Shown here: positions 9,105 to 19,700 of the stretch, piece after piece | How the letters are laid out: every line of letters begins with the position of its first letter | Numbering within the stretch: position 1 is the stretch's first letter | Source of the DNA: Candidatus Iainarchaeum sp. | Lineage (GTDB): Archaea; Micrarchaeota; Micrarchaeia; Anstonellales; Bilamarchaeaceae | Assembly: GCA_028714535.1 (NCBI GenBank) | Contig: JAQTME010000001.1 | Location: forward strand, 69,955-133,954 | Reading direction: 5' to 3' | DNA: 64,000 nucleotides | Notes under the pieces: generated by a model | Told to the model about the DNA's origin: nothing | What the model saw: only the letters and a program-made list of their open reading frames with translations | Database searches by the model: none | Translations under genes and position numbers: made by a program

Positions 9105-10082
9105 CTACTTTTTCCGCTTCAGGGCACCCCGCACGGCTTTTGCTATGCCTGCGGCGTCAAGACCGTATTTCTTATAGAGCTCTGAGCAGCTGCCGGTCTC
9201 GCCGAAGCCGTTCATGCCCACGCGCCTGAGCACGGCCGGGCAACTGGATTCCGCAAGCACTTCCGCGATGGCGCTTCCCAGCCCGCCATCGACCTGATGG
9301 TCCTCTGCGCTCACCAGAACGCCGCATTTTTTGGCATAGGCGAGGATGCATACCCTGTCTATGGGCTTTATGGTGTGCATGTCGATCACCGCCGCGCCTA
9401 TACCCTCCTTCTTCAGTTCCTCTGCAGCCTTCAGGGACTCGTAGACCTGCAGGCCGCATGCGAATATTGCAGCGTCGCTGCCTTCGCGGCAGACGTTCGC
9501 CTTTCCGACTGTGAACGGCGTGTCGGGCGTGGTGAACACAGGCGCGTTCTCGCGCGATGTGCGGATGTAAACCGGGGTTTTCAGCGCCGCGGCCGCGTGG
9601 GTCGCCTTCCTGGCCTCTTCCATGTCGGCCGGTGCGATCACTGTCATGTTCGGCAGCGCGCGCATCATGGCCATGTCCTCGAGCACCTGGTGGGATGCGC
9701 CGTCAGGCCCCACGCTCAGGCCGGTGTGCGACGCGTGGATTTTCACATTCACGTCGTTGTAGCAGATTGAGACGCGTATCTGGTCGAAGTTCCTGCCGGG
9801 CGAGAACGCCCCGAACGCAGAGATGAACGCCATCTTGCCGCAGGACGCGATGCCCGCAGCCACGCCTGCCATGTTCTGCTCCGCAACGCCGACCTGCACG
9901 AAGCGTTCCGGGAATTTCTCTGCGAACCAGTGCGTCCTGCTGGACTCTGAAACGTCGGCTGAGACCGCCCAGACGTTCCTGTCCCGTTCGCCCAGCTCGG
10001 CAAGCGCCTTGCCGAAGCCGTCGCGGCTGCTTTTCTTGGCCAGGGCAGGGGAGAACAGGTCCGGCGCGAGCTTGACTGTCAT
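9105..10082 (-). CDS. transketolase, C-terminal (pyrimidine-binding) subunit
   Basis: 325-aa split-Tkt C-section. Its start overlaps the N-subunit stop (ATGA). Confidence 0.85.
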   Translation of the reverse strand: MTVKLAPDLFSPALAKKSSRDGFGKALAELGERDRNVWAVSADVSESSRTHWFAEKFPERFVQVGVAEQNMAGVAAGIASCGKMAFISAFGAFSPGRNFDQIRVSICYNDVNVKIHASHTGLSVGPDGASHQVLEDMAMMRALPNMTVIAPADMEEARKATHAAAALKTPVYIRTSRENAPVFTTPDTPFTVGKANVCREGSDAAIFACGLQVYESLKAAEELKKEGIGAAVIDMHTIKPIDRVCILAYAKKCGVLVSAEDHQVDGGLGSAIAEVLAESSCPAVLRRVGMNGFGETGSCSELYKKYGLDAAGIAKAVRGALKRKK

Positions 10083-10924
10083 GCCATCGCCTCCAGTCTT
10101 TTCCTCTGCTCATCAAGCTCCTTCAGGGCCTGGGCAGCCTCTTCGGGATTGGGGGTCTTGCCATGCCACCCGAATTTCCCTTCCATGAATGACACGCCTT
10201 TTCCAGGGACTGTCTTCGCGATTATCGCGGTCGGCTTCTCGAAATTTTTCCTGGCGGCGTCGAAAGCCCCGAGTATGGCGCCCATGTCGTTGCCGTCTAT
10301 CTCAAGGACGTTCCAGCCGAACGAGCTGAGCTTGGCCGCGAGCGGCTCCAGAGGGAGCACGTCGTCGCTGGTGCCGTCTATCTGGATGTTGTTCCTGTCT
10401 ATTATGGCGGTGAGGTTGCTGAGCTTGTACTTCGCGGCGAGCAGGAGCGCCTCCCAGACCTGCCCCTCGTTCATCTCGCCGTCGCCCATCACGCTGTAGA
10501 CGCGCCAGTTCCTGCCCTCGCGCTTGGACACTATGGCCATGCCCACTGCCATGGAGATGCCCTGGCCGAGCGGGCCCGACGAGTTCTCTATGCCGGGCAG
10601 GGAGCCGCGGTGGGGGTGGCCCTGCAGCGGAGAGCCGAGTTTCCTGAGCGTCATGAGTTTTTCCCTGGGGAAATAGCCGGCGTTGGCGAGCGCTGCGTAA
10701 AGCACGGGGCAGACGTGGCCGTTGGACAGCACGAACCTGTCCCGGTCAGGCCAGTCGGGCTTCTTCGCGTCGTGGCGGAGCACGCCGAAGTAAAGCGCTG
10801 CGAATATGTCCGCGAGACCGAGGGAGCCGGCCGGGTGGCCGCTCTTCGCCTCTGTGAGCATGCGCACTATGTCCTGGCGCATGGTGTTGGCCGAGAGCAT
10901 AAGGGATTTGTTCCGGGCGTTCAT
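10079..10924 (-). CDS. transketolase, N-terminal (TPP-binding) subunit
   Basis: 281 aa. GHPAGSLG…GDGEMNEG TPP-binding motif. Confidence 0.85.
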   Translation of the reverse strand: MNARNKSLMLSANTMRQDIVRMLTEAKSGHPAGSLGLADIFAALYFGVLRHDAKKPDWPDRDRFVLSNGHVCPVLYAALANAGYFPREKLMTLRKLGSPLQGHPHRGSLPGIENSSGPLGQGISMAVGMAIVSKREGRNWRVYSVMGDGEMNEGQVWEALLLAAKYKLSNLTAIIDRNNIQIDGTSDDVLPLEPLAAKLSSFGWNVLEIDGNDMGAILGAFDAARKNFEKPTAIIAKTVPGKGVSFMEGKFGWHGKTPNPEEAAQALKELDEQRKRLEAMA

Positions 10925-11571
10925 GACGGGGCCCCTCCGAGAGCGCGCGCCTTCAGCGCGTCTATGGCGGCTTTGATGTCATCCGCAGCGAATATCGCGC
11001 TGGCCGCTGCGAGCACGTTCGCGCCAGCGGCGTACGCGCCGCGCACTGTGTCAAGGTTCACGCCGCCGTCAACCTCGATGTCGATGGACGGGAATTTCCT
11101 GCGGAGCTGCCGGATTTTCTTTTCCATGGCAGTTATGTAGCTCTGGCCTGAGAAACCTGGATGGACGGTCATGATGAGTATGCGCTGCGCCTTGGAGGCG
11201 AACGGGAGCAGCTTTTCCAGCGGCGTTTCTGGGTTTATCGCGAGCCCGAGCCTGCCGCCGGACTTCTTCACCGCATTTTCAATCGCGTCGAACGAGCGTA
11301 TGGTCTCCACGTGGACGAGGTGCAGGTGAGGGCCAGGGACCTTCGCGATCCACTTCTCAGGCTCCTTCACCATCCAGTGGAACTCGTACTTGGCGTTCTG
11401 CAACGCAGGCACCGCAGCGAGGTCGTCCATGCCGATTGTCCTGTTGGGCACGAACTCGCCGTCCATGATGTCCAGCTGTATCTCCTTCACCAGCCCGTTG
11501 ACCTGGGAGATGCGGCGCAGCAATTCCTCCCTGCTCTTGGCCAAGATAGCTGGTATGACCACTGGCTCCAT
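10921..11571 (-). CDS. rpe: ribulose-phosphate 3-epimerase
   Basis: 216 aa. TIM-barrel Rpe motifs (HLHLVH…, DGGVN). Confidence 0.85.
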   Translation of the reverse strand: MEPVVIPAILAKSREELLRRISQVNGLVKEIQLDIMDGEFVPNRTIGMDDLAAVPALQNAKYEFHWMVKEPEKWIAKVPGPHLHLVHVETIRSFDAIENAVKKSGGRLGLAINPETPLEKLLPFASKAQRILIMTVHPGFSGQSYITAMEKKIRQLRRKFPSIDIEVDGGVNLDTVRGAYAAGANVLAAASAIFAADDIKAAIDALKARALGGAPS

Positions 11572-11757
11572 CCTTAACGCCTCCCAGAAAACGAGCGGGT
11601 GCCCGTAACCTGATTTGCCTGGGGATTTATATAAAGATTGTGATTGCAGCCGCCCCTGCGGCCCGCCCTGCCGGGACGCGCCCCATTGGGGCGCAGGTTT
11701 TTGGTTGTTTATTGGTTTTCCACCAATAATTAAAAATCATGCCCGAGAAAGGAAAGC

Positions 11758-11979
11758 ATGAAAATCGACTTGAATGACGTGGTGCACGTGCAGGAGACAG
11801 CCCTTACCATAAGGGGGTCCAGGAGGCGGACGACCGTGCCTGGCGAAATCGTGAGGTTCCTGAAGCTCAAGGACGGCGAGCGCATACGCTGGGCGCTCCT
11901 CAGGAACGGCACGCTCATAGTTTCTGTCGCCACGGAAGCGCGTGGCAGGCACAGCACCAGGAAACAGGCAAAAGCATGA
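11758..11979 (+). CDS. AbrB/MazE/SpoVT-type swapped-hairpin DNA-binding protein
   Basis: 73 aa. …RTTVPGEIVRFLKLKDGERI… resembles the swapped-hairpin fold. Its stop overlaps the start of the substrate-binding-protein gene. Confidence 0.45.
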   Translation: MKIDLNDVVHVQETALTIRGSRRRTTVPGEIVRFLKLKDGERIRWALLRNGTLIVSVATEARGRHSTRKQAKA

Positions 11980-13022
11980 ATGCCGCCAGCACGCTGATTG
12001 CCTGCCTCGCCTGCTTCGCGCTTCTCATGGGCTGCATATTCCTGCAGTTCCAGGGAAGCGGCGGCCAGACAGGGAAGGAAGAGGTGAGGATAGGGTATTT
12101 CCCGAACATGCTCCACGGCCAGGCACTGGTGGGCTGCGCCAATGGCGCGTTCCAGGAGGCATTCGGCCCCAACGTGACGGTGAGGATGGTGCCGTTCAAT
12201 GCCGGGCCCTCGGCCATAGAGGCGCTTTTCGCCGGCGAGCTGGACCTGGCCTACATCGGCCCAAACCCGGCCATCAACGGCTATGTGAAATCAGGCGGGG
12301 ACGCGCTCTGCATAATCGCAGGAGGGGCGAGCGGCGGGGCCGTGCTCGTGGTGCGCAATGATTCCGGCATCAGCAGCGACGCTGATTTCGCAGGCAAGAC
12401 ACTCGCCAGCCCACAGCTCGGCAACACCCAGGACGTTGCGCTGCGCAGCTACATACAGAACGCGGGCCTGAAGATAGGCGAGGGCCCTGGCGGAGTGAGG
12501 GTCATCCCCACCGCCAACCCGGACATCCTGCTCCTCTTCCAAAAAAAGGAGATAGACGGAGCGTGGGTTCCGGAGCCATGGGGGGCACGCCTGGTGCAGG
12601 AGGGTGGCGGCAGGATTTACATTGACGAGCGGGAACTGTGGCCGGACGGAAAGTTCGTAACGGCGAACGTGATCGCGAGCAAGGAGTTCATGGGCAGGCA
12701 TCCGGACCTGGTGAAGCGGTTCCTTGAGGCCCACGTGGAGCTCACCAGGTGGATAAACGGCCACCCTGAGGAGGCAAAGGCGCTGATAAACGGGCAGATA
12801 AGGAACATCACGTCCAAGGCACTCGCGCCGGAAGAGATGGACGCCGCCTTCTCGCGGTGCGATATGACCTATGACCCTGTGAAAAGCTCGCTGGCCAAAT
12901 CCGCTGACGACGCCTACGCGCTCGGCTTCCTCGGCGCTGAGAAGCCGGACCTTTCCGGGATCTACAGCCTTTCCCTGCTTAACGAGGTGCTGCGGGAAAA
13001 GGGCCTGGAGGAGATAGGATGA
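11976..13022 (+). CDS. ABC transporter substrate-binding lipoprotein, NMT1/THI5 (SsuA/TauA/ThiY-like) family
   Basis: Lipobox (LLMGC) then a periplasmic-binding-protein type 2 fold resembling NMT1/THI5. First gene of an SBP-ATPase-permease set with 4-bp overlaps. Confidence 0.7.
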   Translation: MNAASTLIACLACFALLMGCIFLQFQGSGGQTGKEEVRIGYFPNMLHGQALVGCANGAFQEAFGPNVTVRMVPFNAGPSAIEALFAGELDLAYIGPNPAINGYVKSGGDALCIIAGGASGGAVLVVRNDSGISSDADFAGKTLASPQLGNTQDVALRSYIQNAGLKIGEGPGGVRVIPTANPDILLLFQKKEIDGAWVPEPWGARLVQEGGGRIYIDERELWPDGKFVTANVIASKEFMGRHPDLVKRFLEAHVELTRWINGHPEEAKALINGQIRNITSKALAPEEMDAAFSRCDMTYDPVKSSLAKSADDAYALGFLGAEKPDLSGIYSLSLLNEVLREKGLEEIG

Positions 13023-13834
13023 ACCGGCCAGATGTGGAAAGCCGCGCGGATAAGATCAGGCTCGAGGGGGTGCATAAGGGGTTTCCCATGGGCCAGGACC
13101 GCAAGGGCAGGCTCCTTGCCCTTCAAAACGTCGACATTGCCATAAAGCAGGGTGAATTCGTGTGCATCGTGGGGCCGACCGGCTGCGGCAAGACCACAAT
13201 ACTCAACATCATCGCGGGGCTGGCAAAGCCTGACCGCGGGCGGGTGCTGGTCGACGGCAGGGAAGTGGGCGGCCCGGCCCCGGACAGGGTGGTGATGTTC
13301 CAGGAGGCAGCGCTTTTTCCCTGGCTCACGGTGATTGAGAACGTGGAGTTCGGCCTGGAGATGCAGGGCGTGGGAAGGGCGGAGAGGCGCAAACGCGCGG
13401 AGAAGCACCTGAGCCTGGTGCGGCTTTCGCACTTCAGGGATTCTTTCGTGCACGAGCTTTCGGGCGGCATGAAGCAGAGGGTGGCGCTCGCCCGGGCGCT
13501 GGCAATGGACCCGGATATCCTGCTGATGGACGAGCCGTTCGCGGCCCTGGACGCCCAGACCAGGGACAGGTTCCACCTGGAGCTCCAGCAGATATGGATG
13601 AAGACGAAGAAGACGATTTTGTTCGTGACGCACAATGTGAGCGAGGCGGTCTGCCTCGGGGACAGGGTGCTGGTGCTGAGTTACCGGCCGGGGCGGATAA
13701 AAAAGGAATTCACGGTGGACCGCCCACGCCCCAGGGAGTACCGCACGACGCCGGAGCTCGCATGCATCACTGCAATGGTGCTTGACGAGCTCAGGGGAGA
13801 GGTCGACAAGGCGGCAAAGGAGGAGATGGGATGA
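13019..13834 (+). CDS. ABC transporter ATP-binding protein (SsuB/TauB-like)
   Basis: Walker A GPTGCGKTT, signature LSGGMKQRV and Walker B ILLMDEPFAALD. Confidence 0.85.
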   Translation: MNRPDVESRADKIRLEGVHKGFPMGQDRKGRLLALQNVDIAIKQGEFVCIVGPTGCGKTTILNIIAGLAKPDRGRVLVDGREVGGPAPDRVVMFQEAALFPWLTVIENVEFGLEMQGVGRAERRKRAEKHLSLVRLSHFRDSFVHELSGGMKQRVALARALAMDPDILLMDEPFAALDAQTRDRFHLELQQIWMKTKKTILFVTHNVSEAVCLGDRVLVLSYRPGRIKKEFTVDRPRPREYRTTPELACITAMVLDELRGEVDKAAKEEMG

Positions 13835-14607
13835 TGCTGGAACGGAGGGGCTTGCGCTTTGCTGCGTTCTGCATCGTGTTAGTGGCAGCATGGCAGCTGG
13901 TCGCCCTGCTCGGCATCTGGCCCCAGTATATCTTCCCGGCGCCTGCTGGCGTCCTCTCAGCGCTCTGGACGGGGATGTCAGATGGGACTTTCCTGCTTGC
14001 TGCGCTTGCAAGCCTGCAGCGCATGCTCATAGGATTCGGAATCGCATTCGCCCTGGGATTCACGCTCGGCGTGGCCATAGCGCGCAGCAGGATTGTTGGG
14101 GATACGGCCGGGCAGCTGGTGCTGGGCCTGCAGACGCTTCCGAGCATATGCTGGCTTCCGCTGGCTGTCCTTTGGTTCGGCCTGAACGACGCGGCCATAT
14201 TGTTCGTGGTTGTGGCCGGCGCGGTCGGGTCCATAACCATGGCCATCAGCTCTGGCATAGCGCACGTGCCGCCGCTTTTCATAAACGCGGCAAGGACGAT
14301 GGGCGCTTCAGGATGGAACCTCTATTCAAAGGTGATATTCCCTGCTGCGCTCCCGGCGATAATAGCCGGCGCCCGTCAGGGCTGGTCGTTCGCATGGCGC
14401 TCGCTCATGGCAGGGGAGCTCCTGTTCTTCAGTGTGGGGCTGGGGCAGCTGCTCCAGATCGGGAGGGAGCTGAACGACATAAACCAGGTGGCGGCGGTGA
14501 TGCTCGCCATCCTTGCCGTCGGGCTCCTGACCGAAAACCTGGTGTTCGCATCCCTGGAAAGGGCAGTGAAAAGGAAGCGGGGGCTGGAGCAGGAGTCCGG
14601 TTATTAA
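13831..14607 (+). CDS. ABC transporter permease (SsuC/TauC-like, BPD_transp_1)
   Basis: 258 aa with about six TM helices. EAA-like loop AARTMGASGW. Confidence 0.8.
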   Translation: MMLERRGLRFAAFCIVLVAAWQLVALLGIWPQYIFPAPAGVLSALWTGMSDGTFLLAALASLQRMLIGFGIAFALGFTLGVAIARSRIVGDTAGQLVLGLQTLPSICWLPLAVLWFGLNDAAILFVVVAGAVGSITMAISSGIAHVPPLFINAARTMGASGWNLYSKVIFPAALPAIIAGARQGWSFAWRSLMAGELLFFSVGLGQLLQIGRELNDINQVAAVMLAILAVGLLTENLVFASLERAVKRKRGLEQESGY

Positions 14608-14630
14608 ACCGTTGCGGCATATTTTACCCC

Positions 14631-15836
14631 GTGAAACTGAATCCGGGAGAGCTCAAGCTGGACCTTTACTGCAACGGGATGCAGCTGGACCGGAGCTGCG
14701 CGATTGACGAGGACGGATGCGGGATTCTCAGTACGCGCGGCGGGCTTGGCAGCGGGCTGGAACTGATTTTGCCCGGGGGCGTGCACGCCAACGTGCCCGT
14801 AACCGAAGAGTTCGCAAAAAAATCGCCCTATGTGCTGCACAAGGAGGCTGGCGGATACGTGGTAAGGAAGGGCGGCGTGGCTGTCTGCGGGGTCGCGCTT
14901 CTTCCACGCCCTGCGTTCTACGACAGGAAAACCGCCACGGGCAAGCCCATGGGCCGCATCGGCATCCTCCAGGGAACCTATCTGGGCATTTATCCGGCAG
15001 GGCTCTGCGATTTCTGGGGGATGGGGCCGCGCATGAACTGCAGGTTCTGCTCGGTGGGACTGAACCTTGGCGCGAACGAGGAGGCTGGCAAGACCGTCAT
15101 GGACGTGGTGGAAACCGCGCTGGCTGCGCGGGATGAATGCGGCGTCACCTTCGTCCATTTCAACTCGGGCTTTTGCAGGAACGGCGATGAGCTGGGCAAG
15201 CTGGAGCCCTACATAAAGGCCATAAAGGAGAAGACCGGCCTTCTGGTCGGGGTGCAGGCGATACCGTCCGCAGACCTGTCGGCCTATGACCGGCTGAAGA
15301 AGATGGGCGTGGACCACGTCTCATTCTGCATGGAACTTTTCGGGCCCGCGGAATTCAGGAAGACCTGCCCCGGCAAGGCGAAATACCTGGGGCAGGAACG
15401 ATTCCTGAAAGCCATCGGATACTGCACAAGGATTTTCGGCAAAGGAAAGGTGGCCGGGGAAGTGATTGCCGGCCTTGAGAGCCCTGGCAACACCATAAGG
15501 GCCATAGAAACATTCGCGAAGATGGGCGCGGTGGCCACTGTGTGCGTGTTCAGGCCATGCAAGGGAACTGATTATCAAGACCTGCCGCCTCCGGCGTACG
15601 AAGACATGGTCCCTGTTTTCAGGCGCGTTTACACAGCATGCCTGGACTATGGCATCCCGTTCGGCATCGCACCGAACATAAAGGTGAGCATAGTGATGCT
15701 CCCTGAAGAATGCGCCTGCCTTGTCCCGGAGATTACGCTCGGGCAAAGGCTCCAGCTGGCGAAACTCCAAGCCATGAAATTCGCCTTCCAGGCATATTTC
15801 AGGGCAGTCCTCGCCCTCAAATCAGGTAAGCTGTGA
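14631..15836 (+). CDS. radical-SAM-like TIM-barrel protein with a non-canonical Cys cluster (Cx10CxxC)
   Basis: Cys cluster CDFWGMGPRMNCRFC followed by Gly-rich (HFNSGF) and barrel-like segments. Start is GTG at 14631 or ATG at 14679. The ORF-track N-terminal extension (from 13782) overlaps the permease and is rejected. Confidence 0.4.
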   Translation: MKLNPGELKLDLYCNGMQLDRSCAIDEDGCGILSTRGGLGSGLELILPGGVHANVPVTEEFAKKSPYVLHKEAGGYVVRKGGVAVCGVALLPRPAFYDRKTATGKPMGRIGILQGTYLGIYPAGLCDFWGMGPRMNCRFCSVGLNLGANEEAGKTVMDVVETALAARDECGVTFVHFNSGFCRNGDELGKLEPYIKAIKEKTGLLVGVQAIPSADLSAYDRLKKMGVDHVSFCMELFGPAEFRKTCPGKAKYLGQERFLKAIGYCTRIFGKGKVAGEVIAGLESPGNTIRAIETFAKMGAVATVCVFRPCKGTDYQDLPPPAYEDMVPVFRRVYTACLDYGIPFGIAPNIKVSIVMLPEECACLVPEITLGQRLQLAKLQAMKFAFQAYFRAVLALKSGKL

Positions 15837-16695
15837 CTATCCCCAGGTGCGCGGCGGCCATCAGCAGGTACATGTGCAGCCAGGACGGGTGGTTTTCCCC
15901 GGATGCCAGGCGCTTTGGGTCCCGGATTATGGTATGCGCGATATACGCCCCCCATAGCGAGAGGAGGGAAAGGAACGCCACTGCCGGAGGAAGGATGCCT
16001 GCCGCCGCCCCCCAGGCGAAAAGCAGGAACGGGAGCGTGAGGAACGGCGCCATTATCCAGGCGGCCGTCCGTACGCCGTAGATTATCGGGAGCGTCCTGG
16101 CGCCGTAGCGCCTGTCCCCTTCCATGTCGGCGAAATCCTTGGTGCTCGCCGCGCCCAGAAGGAAAATGCCGAGTATGGACCCCATAAGCCACGGGGCTGG
16201 CGAGAGGGGGGTTGCGAAAACAGACCAGCCTGCCACCAGCAGCAGGAGGCCGCGTGGGAGCGCGATGGCCGCATTGGCGATCCATCCATGGTTTTTCAGG
16301 CGCACGGCCGGCCAGGAATAAAGTATCGTGAGGAGCGCGGCGGTTCCGGCGAGCAGCATGAAGGCCGTGCCAACCATGGCTGCGAAAATGAGGGCGACCG
16401 CATAGGCCGCCGCGGCGAGCGTGGTGGCTTCGCCGGCTGTTGCCCTTCCCGATGGCAGCGGACGAGTTGGCTTGTTTATCTTATCCAATTTCACATCGCA
16501 CGCTTGGTTGAATGAGTTGGACGCCCCGTTGAGGAGCATTGCGCTTGCTGAAGCGAGGGCGAGCGCAGGTATTGCCCCGGCGTTTAATACGATGCCATTT
16601 GCAACGGCCGAGGCGATGGCCCCTGAGAGAATGCCGGTCGCTGGCGGAAGGAGGGTGGGGAGCCTGAAAAGTTCGATGAGTTCGTATGGTTTCAC
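15817..16695 (-). CDS. UbiA family prenyltransferase (DGGGP-synthase-like)
   Basis: 292 aa, polytopic. NQACDVKLDKIN matches Nx3Dx3D. A second Asp-rich motif (DFADMEGD) is present. Confidence 0.8.
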   Translation of the reverse strand: MKPYELIELFRLPTLLPPATGILSGAIASAVANGIVLNAGAIPALALASASAMLLNGASNSFNQACDVKLDKINKPTRPLPSGRATAGEATTLAAAAYAVALIFAAMVGTAFMLLAGTAALLTILYSWPAVRLKNHGWIANAAIALPRGLLLLVAGWSVFATPLSPAPWLMGSILGIFLLGAASTKDFADMEGDRRYGARTLPIIYGVRTAAWIMAPFLTLPFLLFAWGAAAGILPPAVAFLSLLSLWGAYIAHTIIRDPKRLASGENHPSWLHMYLLMAAAHLGIVTAYLI

Positions 16696-16743
16696 GGGGT
16701 GATTGAACTGCGCATAAATATAAAGGCTGACGCAGATAAATGC

Positions 16744-19700
16744 TGGATGGACGGGCGGGTTTTGGCGATTTTGATTGCAGCTGCCGCACTGCTACTGATT
16801 TATTTTGTCTATACCGGGGCAACGGCCCAGAAAAAAGCGGACAGGACCGTGATCGTCCTTGGCTTTGACGGCATGGACGCGCGCCTTGCCGAGCAATGGA
16901 TGGACGAAGGCAAGCTGCCGAACCTTGCACGGCTGCGGGCCATGGGAACCTATTCGCGCATCCAGACCACGACCCCTGCTGATACCCCGGTAGCCTGGAC
17001 CACGGTTGCGACCGGGCTCAACCCCGGGAAGCACAATGTCTTGGACTTTCTTGACCGCGACCCTGCAACGTACATGCCACGGATTGCCCTGATAAAAAAG
17101 GAGGAGACAGGAGGCGGAAAGCCGCTCGTGTTCAACCTGAAGCAGGGGGAGCCCATATGGAAGACCGTGAGCGACAATGGGGGCAGGAGCACTGTGATAA
17201 CGGTCCCTGTGACCTTCCCTGCAGAAGATTTCGATGGCAAGATGTTATCTGGCCTAGGAACGCCCGACATACGCGGGACCTGGGGAACGTTCACGGCCTA
17301 TGTGGAAGGCGGGGAGGGCGGGGACAGCCTCATGGGCGGAAACTTCGTGCCCGTGGAATTCGAAGGGGGAGTTGCAAGCACCGAGCTCCGCGGCCCGAAG
17401 GAAATGGCGATAAACATGACCATCACCCGCACTGCGGATGGTGTGAAACTGTCATTTGGGGGGAAGGAATACGCCCTTAAGCAGGGGGAATGGAGCGAAT
17501 GGGCGGACATACAGTTCGAGGCCAATCCGTTCGTGAAGGTCAAGGGAACCGGCAGGTTCTACCTGATTAGCACGGACCCGCTCAGCCTTTACCTCATGCC
17601 GGTCAGCCTGGACCCCAGGGACCCGTTCTTCAGGATTTCCACGCCGGAATGGTATTCGCGCCAGGTCGCAGAGGACGATGGGCTCTACAAGACCGTTGGC
17701 TGGGCTGACGACACCTGGGCGCTCAATGACGACGCCATAGACGAGCAGGTGTTCCTCCAGGACGCCTACAGGACCCTGGAGCAGAAGGAGAAGCTCGTGC
17801 TTGATGAGATGGAAGAAAAGCCGGACCTCCTCATGGCGGTTTTCTATCAGACCGACACCGTCCAGCACATGTTCTACAGGTACATGGACCCGGAAAATCC
17901 GCTCTATGGCAGCATAAGCCCGGAAGAGAAGGAAAGGCACAAGGACGAGATACTGCGCGTCTACCAGAGGATGGACGAGGCTGCCGGCAAGGTCATGAGC
18001 AAAGCTGGCCAGGACGACGTCATAATCGTCATGAGCGACCATGGCTTCAACCCTTTCAGGAAAGCAGTCAATCTGAACACCTGGCTGGCAAATAACGGGT
18101 TCCTTGCAAAAAAGCCCGGCGCAAACACATCCTATTACAAGCTCAACAGCCTCTACGGCGAGCAGGGGCTTTTCTGGAACGACGTCCTGCTGAATGAGAC
18201 GCAGGCCTATTCCATGGGCCTTGGCAACATCTACATAAACCTGAAAGGAAGGGAAGCCCAGGGGGCTGTGGGTGTGGAACGGTATGACGCGGTCCGCGAC
18301 CGGATAATCAGGCAGTTGAAGGAGCTCCGGGACCCTGAGACAGGGGAGAAAGTGATCGCAGACGCCCAGAAGCGCGAGGATTTGTATTCGGGCCCCTATA
18401 TGGATAACGCCGCGGACATCGTGGTCTCGTTCAACCCTGGCTACCGTGTGTCGTGGCAGACTTCGCTGGGCGGGGTGCCGCCGCACGTTATTGAACCGAA
18501 CCTCAAGAAATGGTCCGGGGACCACTGCACCGTGGACCCGAAGCAGACCGAAGGGGTGTTCTTCGTGAACCGCGTTATGGGTCTTGACGGAGAGCCTTCG
18601 CTCCAGGATGTGAACCCCACGCTCCGCAGCCTTCTCGGCCTCCCGGCCAATGAAAGCCTGGACGGCATGTCGATGCTCCGCGATGGCAATGAAACCGCAG
18701 GCCCAGAAGCCGGCTGCAAGGACTGCAACGTCCTTGTCATAACCATGGACGACGTCCGTGCCGACTATCTTCCTCTTTTCAACCCCAAGGCGCTTGCGGA
18801 AACCCCGAACCTGGAGGCGCTCGCTTCAAAGAGCGTGCTGTTCACCAACGCGCACACGGCATTCACATTCACCTGCCCGTCGCACACCATCATGATGACC
18901 GGCAGGTATTTCACGGACGATGACCGCCAGACCAGCCTTCCCCGGATTCTGAAGGGCAACGGGTATGCCACCGGCGCCACGGTCGGGTTCGCCGGCCTGC
19001 GGCAGGAGGAGTGCCCCACCGGCGCAATGTTCGGCTACTACGATGAAAGCAGCACGGCTATAGGTTTCGGAGAGCGTGACGATAATTCTGCCGCCCAGGC
19101 CATGACATGGCTGCAGAACCACAGCAAGGGCAGGTTCTTCTTCTGGCTGCATCTTTATGACGCGCATCCCTTCGGGAAAGCAGCCAACGCCAGCGCGACC
19201 GGCAGCTATTCCGAGAGGATAGGGCAGATGGATGGCCACATTGGGGAGGTGCTCGCATTATTGGACAGGCAAAACCTAACCAACAAAACCATCGTGGTGG
19301 TCCTATCGGACCATGGGATGGGGGCGGATTTCGCCCACCCCGCCAATAACAGGCAGCTCTACGACCTGGCGACCCACGTTCCGATGATGATATACGTCCC
19401 TGGCGGGGCGCCAGCCAGGGCCGAGGGTCTTACGAGCACGGTGGACCTGGCGCCGACCCTCGCCGCGCTTCTTGGCGTGCACTACGCCGATGCAGATGGG
19501 GCTGCACTGTTAGATGCGGACGGCACCCTGGTTCCGGGGTCCGCAAGAGACCACGTATTTGCGACTTACCGCGCGCTCCAGGTGGTGCAGCACATGGTAC
19601 GCACCAATGAGTGGAAGTATATTGTGACCATGATTGAAAACGGCAACACCAGTTATGAGCTCTATAACCTTGCCCAAGACCCCGCCGAGAGCCGGAACCT

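Noticed and set aside
12962-14011. 349-aa minus-strand ORF spanning the ABC ATPase/permease junction
   Set aside because: Antisense to two strongly supported transporter genes. His/Arg/Pro-rich junk composition.
13782-14630. Long N-terminal extension of the radical-SAM-like ORF (starting 13782)
   Set aside because: Would overlap the entire permease gene in another frame and translates to Arg/Gly/Ala-rich low-complexity sequence. The start was moved to 14631/14679.
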